This document shows, piece by piece, positions 24,372-37,828 of a stretch of DNA of 64,000 nt. Within the stretch, counting starts at the first letter, position 1; the number at the start of each line of letters is the position of its first letter. The stretch spans positions 10,232,001 through 10,296,000 of the forward strand of contig CM059433.1 in the NCBI GenBank assembly GCA_030390025.1, written 5' to 3'. Made by a program: the position numbers and the translations under genes. The stretch comes from Squalus acanthias (Eukaryota). The notes beneath the pieces were generated by a model. The model was not told the DNA's origin. It made no database searches and saw only the letters and a program-made list of their open reading frames with translations.

Positions 24372-24542
24372 CAGGTCAAAATCCTGGAACTCCCTCCCTA
24401 ACAGCACTGTTGGGAGCACCTTCACCACACGGACTGCAAGCGGTTCAAGAAGGCGGCGGCTCACCACCACCTTCTCAAGGGCAGCGAGGGATGGGCAAGA
24501 AATGCTGGCCTTGCAAGCGACCCCCACAGCCCAAAAATGAAT
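24372..24542 (+). mobile_element. Family-B LINE 3' tail
   Basis: ggtcaaaatcctggaactccctccctaacagcactg...tgctggccttgc. Confidence 0.8.
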
Positions 24543-24581
24543 TTACAGCAGGTTTCACGTTAAAAAGTCAAGTCAGTGAAT

Positions 24582-25045
24582 GTCAGCTGTGGCTCAGTGG
24601 GTAGTGCACTCGCCTCTGAGTCAGAAGGTTGTGGGTTCACAGTCCCCACTCCAGGGACTTGAGCACATAAAGCTAGGCTGACACTCCCAGTGCAGCGCTG
24701 AGGGAGTGCTGCACTGTCGGAAGGTGCCGTCTTTCGGATGAGACATTAAACCGAGGCCCCGTCTGCTCTCTCAGGTAGACGTAAGATCCCATGGCACTAT
24801 TTCGAAGAAGAGCAGGGGAGTTCTCCCCGGTGTCCTGGCCAGTATTTATCCCTCAACCAACATAACAGAAACAGATTATCCGGTCATTATCACATTGCTG
24901 TGTGTGGGAGCTTGCTGTGCACAAATTGGCAGCTGCATTTCCCACATTACAACAGCGACTCCACTTTAAATAGTATTTCATTGGCTGTAAAGCGCTTTGA
25001 GACATCCGGTGGTTGTAAAAGGCGCTATAGAAATGCAAGTCTTTA
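24582..25045 (+). mobile_element. Deu-domain tRNA SINE, full length
   Basis: Matches the other copies end to end. Confidence 0.92.
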
Positions 25046-26604
25046 TTTCCACCATATGCAAATTTATCTTTTAGCAATACCAGTGGGACTCTGACTACAT
25101 GCCATTATAAAAAAGTGTAATTTTACTGTCAGAGAATATCATCCATGTCCTCCTAAGCCTAGTGGGTAAAGGTTCCACCAGTTCTGTCACAAAACCAAAC
25201 AGACCAGAAGGTCTCCGGTTTGATATCTACACACATGCACTTTGCAGCAGGGTTCACTGATACCAGCCAGGAATGGTAACCCTGTCAAAGTTGCTGACGG
25301 AGGCCAATTGTAGCGCCCTAACTGCTACTCTGACTGAGATCACAAAAGACTTGGAACTGAACCTGAGAAAGTATGATTCCTTTTGTTTAGTACAACGTTG
25401 AGTGATGCCTTTAGACACTAGACCATTAGAAAACTTCAAAAATATTTTCAAAGCGTTTCAAAAAAACAATGTCAGGCATCTCAAATTGTTTGCTCCAGCA
25501 GTCACTGTATATAAAATGAAGGCACTCTTCGGTGAGTTTAAGAGGTACGATTGCAGTTCTAGGTTAATAAAATCTCTGCCTATCCCTTCCTGCTTTGTAG
25601 GCACGCTAGGGTCAATGAACAAAAGCAGGCATTCCTTGGTTGAGGCTCGGAGTGGTTTGTCTTAGTTTTCCACTATCCCAAACGGAATGTAAACAGCAAC
25701 CTGGTTAACGACAAAGTTAACTATCCAAATAGTGAGGTGCAGAGGAAGCAGCAGCATTATTGATGTATTCCAGGTTGGGCTTTGATGGGCTCAAACTCAA
25801 AGGTAATTGAACAAGATGAAACCAAGCCACTACTCCTGGGACATTCACATCATTCCCAAAGAGGCGCTGCCCCAGTATAACTGCCCAGAGTCATTTGATT
25901 GTTGACGTGGGTTCCCAAAAGAAATGTTTTTGGTTTTACTGCTGTGACTTTCATTCGTGATTTTTTTTTTCTTGCTAACTTTCTTCCCTTCCCTCCGCTC
26001 CTGAAGTCATTCAGGTCGCTTTTCACTTGCTTCGCCTGACATTAATGGGACGGTAACGGCCTCAAAAACGGGTTTGGTAGCCTTACAGCTCCATTAACCT
26101 CGGCGATGCAGCTGGCTCCATTTTGAAAGGGGCCTACTGCCGGAGTCCAAAGTGCCCCCGTCTGTTTCAGGCATTAGGGACCTTCTAATATGCAAATCAG
26201 GGTCCTACGACGTAAATGAAACCACGATTTCCATTTTTTAAGTTGAAACTGGTGCGGGCTCCGATCAATTCCACGGGCGATGGAGCCGAAAAGGTCCAGC
26301 AACTTTAAGTTTGGAATTATTTCTGCAGGATTGCTCCCCCAGGCTTTGCAAAATTATTCAGGGCCACTGTCGCTCCGGGACTCCGCCTACGCGATTTTGC
26401 TTCAAATACAGGCCAGTGTGCTCGGCCGGTCGTTCGCCCAAAAGTCAAAATAAACACCACTGACTCCTTGCTGGCATATCAGCGCTGATTCTGCGACTGT
26501 GCCATCCCGGTGGGGAATGGCACCAACAGAGAGTGCAGGTCAGGAAATTGTCATGCCACTAATTGCCACCCTGCTGAGATAATCCATCTCAACACAGACT
26601 GGGA

Positions 26605-26783
26605 ATCAAAGGGTGTTGGAAGCAGATTCAATCGTAACTTTCAAAAAGAGAATTGGATAAATACTTTGAAACATTTGTAGGGCTATGAGGAAAGAGCAGG
26701 GGAATGGGACTATTTGGATAGCTCTTTCACAGGCACGATGGGCAGAATGGTCTCCTTCTGTGCTGTATCATTCTAAGATTCTC
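26605..26783 (+). mobile_element. CR1 3' fragment
   Basis: Homologous to the tail of the 14941 copy. Confidence 0.7.
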
Positions 26784-26947
26784 TGAAGTTGGGCCATTCC
26801 TAGCCTATCTCATGTCTCAGATATTCATCGGATAAAGTTGCTGAGCCGTCAGGGAAGCTCGGAATATCTCCTTATAGAGAAAAAAAATCACTTCACACTA
26901 GCTCCTCGTACCTTTACTGTTAGTATCCCATCATACAACAAACCTGT

Positions 26948-27342
26948 ACATACATAGAAACATAGAGGATAGGAGCAGGAGTCGGCCATTCGGCCCCTCG
27001 AGCCTGCTCCGCCATTCGATGAGATCATGGCTGATCATCCAAATTCAGTACCCTGTACCTGCCTTCTCCCCATATCCCTTGATACCTTTAGCTTTAAGAA
27101 ATATATCTAACTCATTCTTGAATATATTTAATGACTTGGCCTCAACTACCTTCTGTGGTAGAGAATTCCACAGGTTCACCACTCTCTGGGTGAAGAAATT
27201 CTTCCTCATTTCTGTCCTAAATGGCTTACCCGTTATCCTTAGATTATGACCCCTGGTTCTGGACTCTCCGACCATCGGGAACATTCTTCCTGCATCTAGT
27301 TTGTCCAGACCTGTCAGAATTTTATATGTTTCGATGAGATCT
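26948..27342 (-). mobile_element. CR1 3' fragment
   Basis: ORF 27045..27284 reads SRTRGHNLRI....FRTEMRKNFFTQRVVNLWNSLP. Confidence 0.9.
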
Positions 27343-27363
27343 AGTGAGTTTGGAAGTCAGTTG

Positions 27364-27918
27364 AACAACAACAACTTGCATTTATAGAGCAACTTTGATG
27401 TAGAAAAGCATCCCAAGGCACTTCACAGAGGTGTAAGGAAAACAGTGGACACTGCTCCAATGAAGCAGATATTAGAAAGTGTGAACAAAAGCTTAGTCAG
27501 AGAGGTGGGATTTAAGGAGGTTCTTAAAGAGGGACAGGGAGCTCGTGAGGCAGAGGTGTTTAAGAAGTGATTTAAAGAGCATGGGGCCAAGGCGACTGAA
27601 GGCATGCATGGCTGTCAATGGTGGTATGAAGGCAAGAGGAATGTCAGAGAATGAGGAGTTCAGGGAGGGTTGTAGCACTTAAGAGAGTTACAGAAATAGG
27701 GAGGAGTAAATCCATGAATGGATCTTCAATTTGAGGCATTGAGGGCCTGGAGCAGATGTAGGTCCTCGAGGACAGAATGATTGGCGAGTGGGACTTGGTG
27801 CAGGATAGGATGCAGGCAGCAGAGTTTTAGATGAACTGACATTTACAGAGTGGAGGATGGGAGATTGACCAGGAGAGCATTGGAATAGTCAAGTCTAGAA
27901 GTGACAAAGGCATGAATG
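27364..27918 (-). mobile_element. L2 3' fragment, diverged
   Basis: (CAA)n-cttgcatttatagagc tail and ttggaatagtcaagtctaga (SRLDYSN). Confidence 0.8.
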
Positions 27919-28217
27919 AACAATACTGAGCTACAGGCTTTACACTGGAACCGAACTACCATCATACTATTTTCAGATCCTAGTGCCATTCTCTTGGACC
28001 CATGCATGGGGAACGATCATTCTCCTCCTGATATAGCAATGCCATTGTGACTTGCTCGCATCCAGATTTTGCATCTGATTACACAGTCACCATGAATAAC
28101 ATTCTTGTTTAGTCTTCCTCGAATACTGCTCCAGACATCTGGGTAGTTAAACGCATCATCTGCTAGGAGATTCCCTGGGCCACTAAGTGATGATATGCGC
28201 GTGGTGGAGTAGGCATC

Positions 28218-28632
28218 ATATAAGAACATAAGAATTAAGAGCAGGAGTAGGTCATACGGCCCCTCGAGCCTGCTCCGCCATTCAATAAGATCATGGCTGA
28301 TCTATGACCTCAACACCACTTTCCTGCACTATCCCCATATCCCTTGATTCCCCTAGAGTCCAAAAATCTATCAATCTCAGCCTTGAATATGCTCAATGAC
28401 TCAGCATCCACAGCCCTCTGGGGTAGAGAATTCCAAAGATTCACAACACTCCGAGTGAAGAAGTTCCATCCTCATCTCAGTCTTAAATAGCCGACCCCTT
28501 ATCCTGAGACTGTGCCCCCGAGTTCCAGACTCTCCAGCCAGGGGAAACAATCTCTCAGCATCTACCCTGTCAATCACCCTCAGAATCTTATATGTTTCAA
28601 TGAGATCACCTCTCATTCTTCTAAATTCCAAA
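28218..28632 (-). mobile_element. CR1 3' fragment
   Basis: ORF 28401..28631 reads EFRRMRGDLIETYKIL...RGHSLRIRG. Confidence 0.9.
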
Positions 28633-30229
28633 GTGTATATGTCTATAGCTAACTTAATCCTCCTTCCCTCGGTAGCCTACCATTACACCTCTCACCATTC
28701 ATGGGATGCTCTGCTTCTCGCTCCTCTTACCATTGTGGCAATAACTCAAGGACCCAACAGCTTACCACAAGCTCGATGACAAAGACAAAAAAAGATAGTA
28801 TTGATTTAATCATGCTTTCTATTATCAGGAGAAAAGACCAACACATACAAATATTGCAATTCTTCACAAACCGCTTTCTCAATTTTCTCCCAATTTTCTC
28901 CCAAAGGCTAATTGTTTCATGGGTGCCAGCAGCTCTCTGGTACCTTGCCCAAATGGCTATTCCTCATGTGTGAGCCAAGACAATGAATGTCAAGAGGCTA
29001 TTCAACTGTTAAGGGCGTTACAGCTGATCCCAATCCTGTCTTCATCGATATCCAAAACATGTGCTTTCTAGCAAGGGTCACCACTGGCGATCAAATGTGA
29101 GAACCCAGCTGAATCCAATTGTAGCATGCCTGCCACTGCCTGGCTAGGGTTAACAAACTCAGCAAAGAGCAGGGATTGACCTTGGGAATTTACTAGTACC
29201 TACGCCCCAGCACCCCATTAGTTAATGAATTTGGTCATTAAGTCTTTGGGAGTATTTCATAAATATGTAAGGAAAACAGTGCAAGAGTCAAAGGATTACC
29301 ACTTCCTTCACACCAAGAAAGATCCATCTTTCTGTTTCACTATTCTTGAATGCAGGAGACATTCATTGGTGATCGGGGGCATTGAGAATTAAACCCAGAT
29401 TGTGCAGCTTTTTCATTATGCTTACTGCAGCAGATGTGATCAGAAAGCCTGCAGAGGGCACTGTACATAGAGAACACAATTCCTAAAATATACATACATA
29501 TATATCACACGCAGCCTGAATAACTGGGATTCTTGGCAAATATTCAACAAGTCAGCTTTGTCACAGTCCGAATATGTAGCTCACTCAATGCACCAACAGA
29601 GATCTTCTGTGTCAACCAAGTAAACCAGTTCCGTATAACTTAAATCCTCAAATGTGAATGCGACTGTTACAAAAAAAAATGGAACGAGCCACTGAGGTTA
29701 ATTAACTCTTTTTCCCATCTGGCGAGTTTGGTTTTTTCTTTTATTGCAGCTTTTGAAATTCCAGTGGGTTTCAGGCTAGACGTCTGCAATCAGCAGAATC
29801 AGCTATAACCTGCTTAAGTGAAAACTCTTTTTAAGAGCGCTGCTGTGGAGTGATGGTTCTTAGTGGGCTATTTCTCCAGTTTTAAACGAACTTTAGATGC
29901 TTTGCATCGGCCTTACACTGAGGCCAAGATTGATTACACCAGTGGCTCAACTTCACAGTGAATTCAAAGCTGAGGATTCGTAAGGTCAAACACAAAATGC
30001 CACATGTTGAATCCCTAATTACAGAGTACTACTTCGCCTTTATATTTGTGTAACACCATTACCCTACTGAATCAGCTAAAATGGAACACAATTAATCACT
30101 GCAACATGCTCAGGAATCAAACCTGAGACTTTCCTCTTCTATACTGGGTAGCATCTTTAACAGTCTCACTTAATAATGTTTTATTATTGCATTCATTTTA
30201 TTATTTGCTTCTTCTTTAATCCCATTTCC

Positions 30230-30695
30230 GTGGCTCAGTGGGCCGCACTCTCTCTCTCGCCTCTGAGTCAGAAGGTTGTGGGTTCAAGTCCCACTCCAGG
30301 GACTCGCGCACATAAAGCTAGGCTGACACTCCAGTGCAGTGCTGAGGGAGTGCTGCACTGTCGGAGGTGCCGTCTTTCGGATGAGACGTTAAACCGAGGC
30401 CCCGTCTGCTCTCTCAGGTGGACGTAAAAGATCCCATGGCGCTATTTCAAAGAAGAGCAGGGGAGTTATCCCCGGTGTCCTGGCTAATATTTATCCCTCA
30501 ACCAACATAACAAAAACAGATTATCTGGCCATTGTCACATTGCTGTGTGTGGGAGCTTGCTGTGCGCAAATTGGCTGCCGCGTTACCCACATTACAACAG
30601 TGACTACACTTCAAAAGAAGTACTTCATTGGCTGTAAAGTGCTTTGAGACGTCCAGTGGTCGTGAAAGGCGCTATATAAATGCAAGCCTTTCTTT
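30230..30695 (+). mobile_element. Deu-domain tRNA SINE, full length
   Basis: A/B boxes, Deu core and L2-like tail. Confidence 0.92.
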
Positions 30696-31240
30696 GAAGC
30701 TGCTGGCACACACCAGGGCAGCCTCCTCTACCTCAGCCTAGTGGCCATCCTTCATTTCTAAATCTTCGCAGTGAACGTCAGCAGGCTGTGCAGTCGTGGA
30801 GAGCGTCACGGCCAGACCTGATCCTGTTCTGAGCCTAAATCTGCGCTATTCAGCAGGGTTCTTGGATAGCAAGCAGGAGTTAGGACCCTGGCTGATTTCT
30901 TTTCCTCCTTCCTAACACAGGAGCCCTAAGGTCAATAGATTATTCCTATTGCTGTCCCAGCTGTGAACAGCCTAACTCAGCTAAGAATGGGGTGTCGAAC
31001 CTGAGACCTTGCTGGTCTGTATAGTTCATTAGCACAGTGGACAGCAGATATACCGCCTGAGCCATCGGGGACTTCGTCTCACGATTATTTTTTTCTGAGG
31101 ATATCACACAACATTAGCGACTATCCGAGATCACCATCAGGCAAACCTTCGTCTGTCCGGTTCCAAACGGTTTCTATGCATTTCAAAGAGCTGTTCATAA
31201 GTGCGGAACTGCTGCATTATAATAGAAACATGCAGCCCCA

Positions 31241-31645
31241 GCTCCCCGAATTGCTCAACTGGTTAAGGTGGGGGAATAGTTAACCCGTACAGTGGGAACA
31301 GGATGGTTCCAGGTTCATGCCCAGTCTGTGCTGAGTTACCTGAGTTCAGCCAGGCTGGTAGGAGGGACACTACGATTGGCTCCAGCACTCATAGGTTATG
31401 GAAGGTAAATATTAGCCGGGGCTCCCCCTCCCGATTGTTGCCTGGTCATCCATGTTTTAACTACACTTGTGTGGATGTTGGATGAGGACAGGATTGGGCT
31501 TTACTGTGATGTCCCGATTGGCCAAGTAACTCGCTGACACTTACTGTGGAGGTTCATACATGAACAATAGTCAATGGGCAAGATACTCGAGAGCAACTGA
31601 TGCCCGAAAACCATACCCCAGTAAGGACTCAATGCTTTCTGGGGA
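31241..31645 (+). mobile_element. Old, unnamed tRNA-headed SINE-like family (clearest copy)
   Basis: A-box-like TTGCTCAACTGG and B-box-like GGTTCATGCCC. Body motifs (tgtgctgagtta, gtgtggatgttggatgaggacaggattgggct) recur in many diverged copies. Confidence 0.6.
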
Positions 31646-31647
31646 AA

Positions 31648-32107
31648 AAAGAAAGACTTGCATTTCTATAGCACCTTTCACGACTACCGGATGTCTCAAA
31701 GCGTTTTACAGCCAATGAAATACTTTCTGAAGTATAGTCACTGTTGTAATGTGGGAAACACGGTAGCCAATTTGCGCACAGCAAGCTCCCACAAACAGCA
31801 ATGTGAAAATGACCAGATAATCTGTTTTTGTTATGTTGGTTGAGGGAGAAATATTGGCCAGGACACTGGGGATAACTCCCCTGCTCTTCTTTGAAATAGT
31901 GCCATGGGATCTTTTACGTCCATCTGAGAGAGCAGAGGGGGCCTCGGTTTAACGTCTCATCTGAAAGACGCCACCTCCGACAGTGCAGCACTCCCTCAGC
32001 ACTGCACTGGAGTATTAGCCTAGCTTGATGTGCTCAAGTCCCCTGGAGTGGGACTTGAACCCACAACCTTCTGACTCAGAGGCGAGTGTGCTACCCACTG
32101 AGCCAGG
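31648..32107 (-). mobile_element. Deu-domain tRNA SINE, full length
   Basis: Reverse complement of the other copies. Confidence 0.92.
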
Positions 32108-34199
32108 AGGAGAAGACATTGGCACAAAAAGGAAGGGGAATTATTAAAACAGACGAAACTACTCAGGATTCCAAGTGTCCATGGAAGAGTATAGGCAATG
32201 GGTTAAACATTTAAGTGTTATGTTTCTTCCCAGAATACCTTAATTTCACAGAATCCTGGAAGTGTGCTGTGTAATCTGCCATTAGTTTGCCACATAGCAA
32301 ACAAGAGCACGCTCATCACTGAAAAGTGAAATGGAGACTTGTTCTTTCCCAAAAATGGTAATTTGACATTTTTGTTTCCTATTAATTCTGTAATTAAGTT
32401 GTTTTTAAGTCAATTATTTGGACAGAACAGCGTCCATTTCATGGTTCAAAAGGAACTGTAAACATGCTTTATTTCCACTGGTGCGTCTGGCATTTGCTAT
32501 AAATGTCTAGGAATAGTTGAAAGATTGTTCGACATTCTACAGAGCCTTGAAGTGTGCAGCACTCCGGCCCCATCGCTCAGTAACAGACAATCCACACTTT
32601 CTAAGATAAAACCATTATGAATACCATACTGAGACATCTATCTTAATTAGGATTTCCCGACGTATTTTATTCTCCAAGTGCCGAGTTTCTTGAAAGAAGT
32701 GCTACAAACATTGCACTTTGACGAATGCAAGTTCTTTTCTTGATACGAGTCTGCGCCGGTAAATACTCAAAGGAGATGGGAAGTTTGGGGGCTTTCTTTC
32801 TCTGCGAAATATTCCACCTTTTCACAGAAGAAAGTGATACACATAACATCAGAATAGTCTTTGATGTTTTAGTAAAACTTCCCAGCCAGTGCTGTGGCTT
32901 CCCGGGGTACTGCAGCCTTGCGCAGCTTCCAGGCCAGTCTGAAATCATTCCCCCCACTTCCACCACCCACCCCATCCCCGCCCCATTCATCCCCATCCTC
33001 CCCACTTCCATCCCCCCGCCATCCCTCCGCCAGCCTGCACCACCCACTCTATACTATAACAGCAGCCCTGGGTGCACAGGGATGCTCCCTGTCCCTGGAG
33101 AAGAAGCCCGGCAGGGAGGGAATCCCAACTAAAGTGTTCCCGTTGCTGGCAATAACGTTTACATTTCCAGCATGTATATTATTTTCTTCTGTTAAAAAAA
33201 ATGGAACTATATGGAAAAGAAATAATTTCCGCTCGACGTGAGTTCCCCTTTTAAAGGCAACGTACTTGGTAGAATTCTAAATATAACCAAAACACATCTA
33301 CAAATTTCTAAAATAAGTAATTTCTGCCTTACCAGCTAAAGTGCTCAGTCAATCATGTCGCTGTAAAATGCACGAGCATTTTGCTAAGTGGGTTACTTTC
33401 TGTTTGGTGCTCATCAGCTGCACATTTTGTTGCTAGGCCAAAGATACATCTTTTTTTCTCCTGAAACACTCATGTAATTGGTAACTCCTTACTATACTGA
33501 AAAGGTCATAACTCTTCCATTAAAATGTGGATTCTATATCAAAGTCTAGAAGCACAAATCCTACAATTAAATAAAGAAGATTTCATTTATCTGTTCCAGC
33601 AGTTATAATTCTCGAGTCCAAAGCTGGCTTTTGTTTCAATGTATTAGTCTGACACTTTATTCTGTAAGCAAGATACCGGAGGGCTGTTACTTATCAACAT
33701 CAATTACAGACAGAGAGACAGGATCATTACAGCAGTGAGTTCTCGCAGGCCTCGCTAAACTCAAAGCGAGCTGCAAATTATCACTGAGTCATTGCTGATT
33801 GGGGCCAGTAAATGTTTGTTGAAAAGTTTGCCACTCATAGTTAAAGTCTCGACATTTTCTATTATGAGCAATACAATCCATACACCTCAAGAATACCCAC
33901 AAACATTTAATGTTGCATTTGTGTCATGCAATATGACACACCATTTCCTGCCTTAATAATAGTTTAATAAACAAAAACAACAAAAATGCATCTACAAAAC
34001 CTGAATCAAGCTGTTCCTAGTCTATCGTCTAGCTAAAGTGTTAAATTAACCTCCTCATTGCTGAAGTTATTACAGTTTGCTTATTATAAATCTAGTCCAA
34101 TCCTATAACTTATGTTCTGATTATACTGATCTCTGATATCTTAATCTAGGCTAAGAATTTGTTACCAGTGCTTCATTAACTGACTTACTCTGTTTACAC

Positions 34200-35005
34200 T
34201 TGGGCTGATAAGTGGCAGGTAACATTCGCGCCACACAAGTGCCAGGCAATGACTATCTCCAACAAGCGAGAGTCTAACCACCGCCCCTTGACATTCAACG
34301 GCATAACCATTGCCAAATCCCCCACTATCAACATCCTGGAGGTCACCATTGACCAGAAACTTAACTGGACCAGCTACATAAATAATGTGGCTACAAGAGC
34401 AGGTCAGAGGCTAGGTATTCTGCAGCGATTGTCTCGCCTCCTGACTCCCCAAAGCCTTTCCACCATCTACAAGGCACAAGTAAGGAGTGTGATGGAATAC
34501 TCTCCACTTGCCTGGATGAGCGCAGCTCCAACAACACTCAAGAAGCTCAACACCATCCAGGACAAAGCAGCCCACTTGATTGGCACCCCATCCACCACCT
34601 TAAACATTCACTCCCTCCACCACCAGCGTACCGTGGCTGCAGTGTGTACCATCTACAAGATGCACTGCAGCAACTCGCCAAGGCTTCTTCGACGACAACT
34701 CCCAAACCCGCAACCTCTACTACCTAGAAAGACAAGGGCAGCAGGTGCATGGGAGCATCACCACCTCCAAGTTCCTCTCTAAGTCACACACCATCCTGAC
34801 TTAGAAGTATATCACCGATTCTTCATCGTCGCTGGGTCAAAATCCTGGAACTCCCTCCCTAACAGCACTGTGGGAGTACCTTCACCACACGGACTAGAGC
34901 GGTTCAAGAAGGCGGCTCATCACCACCTTCTCAAGGGCAATTCGGGATGGGCAATAAATGCTGGCCTTGCCAGTGATGCCCACATCCCAGGAACAAATTT
35001 AAAAA
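34200..35005 (+). mobile_element. Family-B LINE 3' fragment (RT C-terminus)
   Basis: ORF 34249..34782 reads ILEVTIDQKLNW..YI......AGQRLGIL...YKAQVRSVMEYSPLAW. Confidence 0.9.
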
Positions 35006-35134
35006 CTTAATGCTCTCAGTGGTAACATCAATATTTTGCATTTTATTTTCTACACATCCACACATTGCTTTTTTTGGTTCAGTGAAGTACTTGCACCACC
35101 AGCTCCCGATTCATGGGTCCTGTGCAAACTATGA

Positions 35135-35793
35135 CATAGGATTACATCGGATATACGGCACAGAAACAGGCCATTCGGCCCAAGCAGTCCATGCCGGTGT
35201 TTATGCTCCACACGAGCCTCCTCCCATCTTTCCTCATCTAAATCTATCAGCATAACCCTCTATTCCCTTCTCCCTCATATGCTTGTCTAGCCTCCCCTTA
35301 AATGCATCTATACTATTCGCTTCAACCACTCTCTGTGGTAGCGAGTTCCACATTCTCACCACTCTCTGGGTAAAGAAGTTTCTTCTGAATTCCCTATTGG
35401 ATTTCTTGGTGACTATCTTATATTGATGGCCTCTAGATTTGCTCTTCCCCATAAGTGGAAACATTCTCTCTGTATCCACTCTATCAAAATTTTTCATAAT
35501 TTTAAAGACCTCTATTAGGCCTTTTTTCAGGAGAAAAGTGACCCAGCCTGTTCATCCTTTCCTGATAGGTATAACTCCGCATTTCTGGTATCATCCTTAT
35601 AAATCTTTTTTGCACCCTTTCCAATGCCTCAATATCCTTTTTATAATATGGCGACCAGAACTGTACGCAGTACTCCAAGTGTGGTCTAACCAAGGTCCGA
35701 TACAAGTTTGGCATAATTTCTCTACTTTTCAATTCTATCCCTCTAGAAATAACTCCTAGTGCTTGGTTTGAGTTTTTTATGGCCTTATTAACC
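35135..35793 (-). mobile_element. CR1 3' fragment
   Basis: ORFs 35502..35810 and 35234..35497 carry CR1 ORF2 C-terminal motifs. Confidence 0.9.
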
Positions 35794-36239
35794 TGGGAAA
35801 ATGCACCCATCTAATGTCTTCTGAACCACGGAGACCAGAAGATGTACAGTTTGATTACTGATCTGTATAGCCTTACCTGATCTCAGTCAGGTCAACCCCA
35901 AAGTAAACAGCCCAGATTCACTAAGTCCGTCTACCGTGAATACGATTTTATTTTATTGAGAGCTATGCGCTGGGAGCCGATCGCCCTAGCACCCTACTAA
36001 ATCCAAACTAAGAGCAGCTATAGAATCTTCTGCAATCCTCTCTGCTGACGCTGTGCTGCTGCTAAGCCCCAACTTGGCCTCTTCAAGCAGACATCAGCAA
36101 TTCTATATTTGAGGGTCCTGGGAGAGTGATGTCAAGCCCACTGTGCCACATTTGTATACCAACCTGTATCTCCACTCTCATGTAGGCCTTTTGGAGATTG
36201 ATTTGGAATAGCTAGACAAAAAGAGACCACGGTCCATCT

Positions 36240-36420
36240 TTGGGTGACCGCTTTGCGGAACACCTCCGTTCAGTCCGTAAGGGTGACCCCCGAGCTTCCG
36301 GTCGCCTGTCACTTTAATTCTCTGCCCCACTCCCACTCTGACCGCTCCGTCCTCAGACTCTTATACTGTTCCAATGAAGCTCAACGTAAGCTCGAGGAAC
36401 AGCACCTCATCTGTCGTTTG
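36240..36420 (+). mobile_element. Penelope GIY-YIG endonuclease fragment
   Basis: Reads LGDRFAEHLRSVR.../PELPVACHFNS..HSHSD.SVL.L..C....QRKLEEQHLI.RL. Confidence 0.75.
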
Positions 36421-36555
36421 CAGTTCCCTTTTGCATGGCTATTGTTATCTGAAGGTCCCAGTGGACTTGTCTTTGTGCATGTTCCTAAAGAACATGTCAA
36501 TAGACTAGCATCTGGTAGAAAAGAGCTAATAGAGAAAAAACCACATGAGATGACA

Positions 36556-37070
36556 AACATAGAAACATAAGAAAAATTGGAGCAGGAGTAGGCCATTCGG
36601 CCCTTCGAGCCTGCTCCGCCATTCAATATGATCATGGCTGATCCTCTATCTCAATACCATATTCCCGCTCTCTCCCCATACCCCTTGATGCCTTTTGCAT
36701 CTAGAAATCTATCTATCTCCTTCTTAAATATATTCAGTGACTTGGCCTCCACAGCCTCTGTGGTAGAGAATTCCACAGGTTCACCACCCTCTGAGTGAAG
36801 AAATTTCTCCTCATCTCAGTCCTAAATGTCCTACCCCGTATCCTGAGACTGTGACCCCTCGTTCTAGACCCCCCCGCAGCCAGGGGAAACATCCTCCCTG
36901 CATCCAGTCTGTCTAGCCCTGTCAGAATTTTATACGTTTCAATGAGATCCCCTCTCATTCTTCTAAACTCTAGTGAATACAGGCCTAGTCGACCCAATCT
37001 CTCCTCATACGACAGTCCTGCCATCCCAAGAATCAGTCTGGTGAACCTTCGCTGCGCTCCCTCTATGGCA
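36556..37070 (-). mobile_element. CR1 3' fragment
   Basis: Reads QRRFTRLILGMAGLSYEERLGRLGLYSLEFRRMRGDLIETYKI. Confidence 0.92.
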
Positions 37071-37157
37071 AAGAAAGATAAAACTAAAAGCCACAAACAG
37101 AAAAATAAGTAAAAAGGAGAAGAAGAAACAAAATAAGAGAGAGAAAAGTACAATAAC

Positions 37158-37828
37158 AGCAACAACAACTTGCATTTATATAGCGCCTTTAACGTGGCAA
37201 AAGGTCCCAAGGCGCTTCACAGGAGCGTTATCAAAAATAATTTGACACCGAGCAAAAGCTTGGTCAAAGAGTTCGGTTTTAAGGATTGTCTTAAAGGAGG
37301 AGAGAGTTGGAGAGTTTTAAGGAGGGAATTGCAGAGCGTAGAGCCTCGGCAGCTGAACGCACGGCCGCCAATGGTGGAGCGAAGAAAATCGGGGGATGCG
37401 CAAGAGGCCAGAATTGAAGGAGCGTAGAGATCTCGGAGGGCTGTAGGGAATCTTCCCTTTCATTTTTTTTCTGGGTGCGCGGCCCATTCAAAAATACCGC
37501 GCGTGCGCAGTTTTTCCGATTTAACTCTGGTGAGCCGGCTGCGTGGGAGCTGAGGCTGTGCAGCTTAGCGGGAACGTTGGTTGTCGGGGCTGGAGGTTGG
37601 TTACAGGGAAAGGGACAGGCGAGGCCGTAGGAGGGATTCGAAAACAAGGATGAAAATGTTTAAAATCGAGGCGTTGTCGGACCGGGAGCCAACGTAGGTC
37701 AGCGAGCACAGTGGGTGATGAGTGAACGGGACTCGGTGTGAGTTAGGATACGGGCAGCAGAGTTTTGGATGAGCTCAAGTTTACAAATGAGTGCAAGGTT
37801 GGAGGCCGGCCAGGAGAGCTTTGGAATA
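37158..37828 (-). mobile_element. L2 3' fragment with an internal insertion (~37455-37580)
   Basis: L2 tail and LADLRWLPVRQRLDFK. Confidence 0.8.

Noticed and set aside
32667..33047. Possible host exon or ORF in unique sequence (also 28017-28229, 55178-55618, 60485-61168)
   Set aside because: I found no recognisable protein similarity and no consistent splice-phase chain. Small exons or conserved non-coding elements cannot be excluded without alignment.
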